A stretch of 64,000 bases of DNA, taken from the NCBI GenBank assembly GCA_963831295.1, contig CAWHPR010000002.1, positions 319,964 through 383,963 on the forward strand, in the 5' to 3' direction. This document shows, one piece after another, positions 58,628-64,000 of this stretch. A program made the translations under genes and the position numbers. This DNA comes from an uncultured Thermoleophilia bacterium (GTDB lineage: Bacteria; Actinomycetota; Thermoleophilia; UBA2241). Numbering within the stretch: position 1 is the stretch's first letter; every line of letters starts with the position of its first letter. Under the pieces are notes generated by a model. That model ran no database searches. It was not told the origin of the DNA and saw only the letters and a list, made by a program, of their open reading frames with translations.

Positions 58628-59607
58628 CCGGGACGCGCACGCTGAGGGCGCTCGCCCCGATACTGGCGGCCGTGGTCGTCGCGGTCGTGCCTCTGCTCGT
58701 GACCGACCGCTTCATCCTCAAGGTCTTCACCTTCGCCGGCATCAACGCCCTCGTGGTCGTCGGACTCGCGCTGCTGTTCGGCCACGCGGGCCAGGTATCG
58801 CTCGGGCACGCCGCCTTCGTCGGGATCGGCGCCTACGCATGTGCCTTCTGCACGGTCCGGCTGGGATGGCCGTGGCCGCTCGGGTTCGCCGCCGCCGGCG
58901 CTCTCGCCGCCCTGGGCGGCGTCGTCCTGGCGCTGCCGAGCCTCCGCCTCAAGGGGCACTACCTCGCGATGGCCACGCTCGGCTTCGGAGAGCTGATGAC
59001 GCTCACGTTCGCGGAGACGGAGTCGGTCACCGGCGGCGTGGACGGCTTCGGCGGCATACCGTTCCCCGCCCTCGGGCCTTTCGAGATCGGCGACGCCGCC
59101 TCGCTCTACTGGCTGGTCTGGGCGGTCGTCGGCGTCGCGCTCCTGGCCGCGCACAACGTCACCTCGATGCGGCCCGGCCGTGCCATGAGGGCGCTGCACG
59201 GCAGTGAGCCCGGGGCCCAAGCGTCTGGCGTCGACGTCGTCGGCGTCAAGGTGCGGACGTTCGTCGTGAGCGCGCTGCTCGCCGGCCTGGCAGGCGCGCT
59301 CTACGCCAGTGTCGTCGGCTTCGTGTCTCCGAGCGTCTTCACACTCGCCGCGTCGATCACCTTCCTGGCGATGGCGGTGCTCGGCGGCACCGGCTCACTC
59401 GCCGGTCCCGTCGCGGCCGCGGTGCTGCTGACGCTCGTCCAGTACCTGAACGCCTTGATCCCCGGTATCCCGCGCGAGACGGCTCAGGTCATCCAGTCGT
59501 ACCAGGAGGACATCTACGGCCTCGCCATCGTCCTTGTCGTGGTCCTCGCGCCCCAGGGACTCGCCGGCGTGTGGCGCCGCCGACGAAGAGGAGGCGAGGC
59601 CTCCTGA
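58624..59607 (+). CDS. livM: Branched-chain amino acid ABC permease (LivM-like)
   Basis: GHAGQVSLGHAAF, LRLKGHYLAMATLGF, VLGGTGS. GTGA overlap with livH. Confidence 0.9.
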   Translation: MTGTRTLRALAPILAAVVVAVVPLLVTDRFILKVFTFAGINALVVVGLALLFGHAGQVSLGHAAFVGIGAYACAFCTVRLGWPWPLGFAAAGALAALGGVVLALPSLRLKGHYLAMATLGFGELMTLTFAETESVTGGVDGFGGIPFPALGPFEIGDAASLYWLVWAVVGVALLAAHNVTSMRPGRAMRALHGSEPGAQASGVDVVGVKVRTFVVSALLAGLAGALYASVVGFVSPSVFTLAASITFLAMAVLGGTGSLAGPVAAAVLLTLVQYLNALIPGIPRETAQVIQSYQEDIYGLAIVLVVVLAPQGLAGVWRRRRRGGEAS

Positions 59608-60363
59608 GCCTGCTCAAAGTCCGCAACGTCACCAAGCGCTTCGGCGGGCTCACGGCCGTCGACGACGTGTCCTTCGACGTCTTCGAGGGCACGATCAAGG
59701 CGCTCATCGGACCCAACGGCGCCGGCAAGTCCACGCTCTTCAACGCGCTCACGGGCTTCGACAGGCCCGACCACGGCTCGGTCGTGTTCGCCGGCTCCGA
59801 GCTGGTCGGCCGCCGGCCGCGCGACACGGTACGGGCGGGTGTGGCGCGCACGTTCCAGAACACTCAGCTCTTCGACGAGCTGACCGCCGGCGAGAACGTC
59901 ATGGTCGGCAGACAGGCCCGCCAGCGGCGGGGCTTCACGGCGGCGATGCTGCGGCTTCCCGCCGCCGTCGCCGAAGACCGGGATGCCCGCGAGGAGGCCG
60001 GTCGTCTGCTGCGCCTCATCGGCATCGAGGAGTGGGTCGACGCGCCGGCCGCCGACCTCCCCGCCGGCATCCGGCGTTTGGTCGAGATCGCGCGCGCGCT
60101 CGCCACCGGACCGCGCCTGCTGCTGCTCGACGAGCCGGCCGCGGGACTCAACTCGAACGAGAGCCACGAGCTCGTGCAGACGCTGTACCGGGTGCGGGAT
60201 GCGGGCACCACGGTCGTCGTCGTCGAGCACCACATGGGGCTCGTCATGGAGGTGTCCGACGAGATCGTCGTCCTCGACCGCGGCCGCAAGATCGCCGAAG
60301 GGCCGCCACGCATGATCCAGAAGGACCCGGCCGTTGTCGCCGCCTACCTGGGCCAAGGGGCAG

Positions 60364-60377
<14 letters not shown>
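59604..60377 (+). CDS. livG: ABC ATP-binding protein (LivG-like)
   Basis: KRFGGLTAV, GPNGAGKST, RTFQN, LLDEPAAG, VEHHM. Probable CTG start overlapping the livM TGA. Confidence 0.92.
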
Positions 60378-61118
<741 letters not shown>

Positions 61119-61122
<4 letters not shown>

Positions 61123-62420
61123 TCTGGAACCCCGAGTATGAGTGCATGGACCGCGCCGCGCTGCACTTGCTGCAGCTGCGCAGGCTCCAGATGACGACCG
61201 CGTGGGCGTACGAGCGCGTCCCCCACTACCGCGCCCAGATGGAGGAGCGCGGCGTGCGTCCGCGTGACGTCCGCGCCCTCGACGACGTGCGTCGCCTGCC
61301 GTTCACCGACGAGAGCGTGCTGAGGGACGCCTTCCCGTTCGGCATGTTCGCGCTGCCGCTCGAGGAGGTCGTGCGCGTGCACTCCTCGTCGGGCGCGACC
61401 GGCAAGCCGGTCGTCGTCGGCTACTCCCGCGGCGACGTGAACACGTGGACCGAGCTGACTGCGAGGATCGCCGCCGCGGCCGGAGTGCAGCGCGGCGATC
61501 TCGTCCAGATGGCGTTCCCCTACGGCATGTCCACCGGCGGGTGGGGCATGCACTACGGCATCGAGCGCATCGGCGCAACGATCATCCCCGCCGGAGCCGG
61601 GCAGAGCGAACGCCACCTGGTCATGATGCGGGAGTTCGGGACGACGGCGCTGGTCTCCACGCCGTCGTACGCCTTCTATCTCGCCGAGCAGGCCGAGGAA
61701 CTCGGCATCGACCTCTCGTCGCTCAAGCTCAGGCTCGGCCTCTTCGGGGGTGAACCGTGCTCCGACGCGATGAAGGCCGAGGTCGAGGCGAAGCTGGGGG
61801 TCAGCGCCACCGACAACTACGGGCTCTCGGAGGTCATGGGGCCCGGCGTGGCCGGCGAGTGCGAGTGCGCCTGCGGGCTCCACGTCAACGAGGACCACCT
61901 GCTCCTCGAGATCGTCGACCCCGCAAGCGGGGAGCCGCTCGAGTACGGCGAAGAGGGCGAGCTCGTCATCACGACGCTCACCAAGGAGGCGTTCCCCCTG
62001 CTGCGCTACCGCACCCACGACCTGACGGCGCTCGACCCGTCGCGCTGCGAGTGCGGGCGCACGCTGACACGCATGAAGAAGGTCCGGCAGCGCACCGACG
62101 ACATGCTCATCGTGCGCGGCGTGAACGTCTTCCCCAGCCAGATCGAGGACGTGCTCTGCCGGATCGAAGGCGCCCGGCCGCACTACCTCGTCGTCCTGGA
62201 CCGCAAGAAGAGCCTCGACGAGCTCGAGGTGCGTCTCGAGGTCGAGGAGAACGTCTTCTCCGACGTGATGGGCGACATGGTCTCGTTCCAGAACACGGTC
62301 GCCGACAAGCTGCAGTCGGCCCTGGGCCTGAGGGCGCGAGTCACGCTCGTGGAGCCGGGCGCCATCGCGCGGACCGCCGGCACTGCCGAGCGCGTCCTGG
62401 ACTTGCGCGACAAGAGCTAG
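61119..62420 (+). CDS. paaK: Phenylacetate--CoA ligase family protein
   Basis: HSSSGATGKP, HYGIERIG, GGEP, DNYGLSE, LRYRTHD, RTDDMLIVRGVNVFPSQIE. Confidence 0.93.
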
Positions 62421-63994
62421 CGGACGGCCGGATCCGGCCGGCGGGCCTCCGGCGGCGTCTCGCCCGCCGCCGCCGACACTGCGGCGGCTCCGTCGAAGGC
62501 GCGCGCGATCGTGCCCGGCGCGGGCGCCGGCGTGACCAGGCTGACGAGCGGCGTCACGACGAGCGAGGCGAGCATCGCCAGCACGGCGATCACCGGCACG
62601 TAGCCCGACGTCGCCGGGTCGGCCGCGTACCGGTAGCCGAGACCAAGCATGAGCGTCAGCGCCACGGCGATGTTGACCCACACGGCGGCGGCGCTGACCC
62701 GCCGCCAGAACAGCCCCCAGACGAACGGCCCGAGGAAGCAGCCGGCCACGGTGCCCCAGGACAGCGCCATCAGGTTGAGGATGAGCTGCCACTGCTGCTG
62801 GGCGATGACGACCGAGAGCACGACGAAGAGCAGGATGACCCCGCGCATGAGGAGCACCGACGAGCGCCGCCCCAGGTCGCGCTTCACCTCACCCTGGACG
62901 AGGTCGATGGTGATCGCCGACGCCGAGATCATGACGAGCCCGGCGAGTGTCGACATCGAGGCCGAGAGCACGAGCAGCAGGATCACCGCGACCAGCGCGT
63001 CGGGCAGCGCCTCGGTGAGGACGATGGGGACGATCTCGTCGAAGCGCTTCTCGGCGGCGAGCTCGGGGATGCCCGGGAAGAGGCGGCTGAGCGCGCCTGT
63101 GTAGTAGGCGCCGAAGGTCATGAGCGCCGCGAACAGCGTCGAGATGACGATCGCCGGCCGCACCACCTTCTCGTCGCGGATCGCGTAGAACTTGTGCACC
63201 ATCTGCGGGAGGCCCCAGACGCCGAGGCTCGTGAGCAGCACGAGCGAGAGCAGCACGACGGCCGGCGACTGCAGAAACGCCTCCCAGCCGAAGGGCGAGA
63301 GGTTCCACGGCGGCCAGACCTCGACCGTCGACGGCGCCGCCTCCCTCAGCTTGTCGACGGCGGCGCCGAGACCCCCGACCTCGGGGGCGCGCACGACGTA
63401 CCCGACCATCATGACCACGCCGACGACCATGACGAACCCCTGGATCAGGTCGTTGCGCGCCACTGCGACGTAGCCTCCGAGCACGAGGTAGATGGCGGTC
63501 AGCGCCGCCATGGCCCAGAGGGCGAGCTCGTAGTCGATGCCGAGCACGTGGTCGAACAGGTAGCCGAGGCCGGAGTAGACCGACGCCGAGTACGGCACCA
63601 GGAAGATGAAGATGACGAGCGCCGATGTCGCCTTGAGCCAACGCGAGTCGAAGCGCGCGGCGAGGAACTCGGGCATGGTCATCGCCCCCAGCCGCTCGGT
63701 CATGAGCCGGGTGCGCCTGGCCAGCACGAGCCAGGCGAGCAGACTCCCGAGCAGGGCGTTGCCGACGACGATCCACAGCGAGGACAGCCCGAACCCGAAG
63801 CCGACCTTGCCGGCGTAGCCGACGAAGAGCACCGCGCTGAAGTACGTGGTGCCGTAGGCGAACGCCGACAACCACGGGCCCACGTCGCGGCCGCCGAGGA
63901 AGAAGTCGTTGACGGTCCGCGTGCGGCGGCTGCTGTGGACCCCCACCCCGACCAGCACGAGGACGAAGACCGCGATGACGATGTACTTGGTCAA
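62417..63994 (-). CDS. Sodium:solute symporter family protein
   Basis: DFFLGGRDVGPW, SAVLFVG, TMPEFLAARF, GLPQMVHKFY, LSASMST. The TTG start lies at the window edge. Confidence 0.92.
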   Translation of the reverse strand: MTKYIVIAVFVLVLVGVGVHSSRRTRTVNDFFLGGRDVGPWLSAFAYGTTYFSAVLFVGYAGKVGFGFGLSSLWIVVGNALLGSLLAWLVLARRTRLMTERLGAMTMPEFLAARFDSRWLKATSALVIFIFLVPYSASVYSGLGYLFDHVLGIDYELALWAMAALTAIYLVLGGYVAVARNDLIQGFVMVVGVVMMVGYVVRAPEVGGLGAAVDKLREAAPSTVEVWPPWNLSPFGWEAFLQSPAVVLLSLVLLTSLGVWGLPQMVHKFYAIRDEKVVRPAIVISTLFAALMTFGAYYTGALSRLFPGIPELAAEKRFDEIVPIVLTEALPDALVAVILLLVLSASMSTLAGLVMISASAITIDLVQGEVKRDLGRRSSVLLMRGVILLFVVLSVVIAQQQWQLILNLMALSWGTVAGCFLGPFVWGLFWRRVSAAAVWVNIAVALTLMLGLGYRYAADPATSGYVPVIAVLAMLASLVVTPLVSLVTPAPAPGTIARAFDGAAAVSAAAGETPPEARRPDPAVR

Positions 63995-64000
63995 GCCTGC

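Overview
High-GC bacterial DNA (about 70% by eye). Codon usage and gene content suggest Actinomycetota, possibly Thermoleophilia-like; this is inference. I found no rRNA, tRNA, CRISPR array or IS element. The centre of the window (about 22.8-45.9 kb) is one run of 19 minus-strand genes, apparently in two transcription units, each headed by a near-duplicate DeoR regulator. It encodes a dimethylamine methyltransferase (MtbB) with an in-frame TAG at the pyrrolysine position, pyrrolysine-free MtmB-like and MttB-like methyltransferases, a corrinoid protein, two APH/choline-kinase-fold kinases, a HisC-like aminotransferase, transaldolase, transketolase, a HAD phosphatase and Ppk2. It also carries a duplicated trio of unknown function: Pol-beta-like nucleotidyltransferase, Icc-like metallophosphoesterase and APC permease. 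The left flank holds a second MttB next to a CocE/NonD hydrolase, yhaO-yhaN, a multi-GAF HD-GYP protein and cell-envelope genes (CAP, SpoIID, C1 peptidase). The right flank holds an Rpf-like protein, a TetR-associated ABC exporter, a radical SAM protein, a P-type ATPase, a peroxiredoxin, a liv-type ABC importer with paaK, and a sodium:solute symporter. Five flanking genes carry apparent single-base insertions, most likely sequencing errors.
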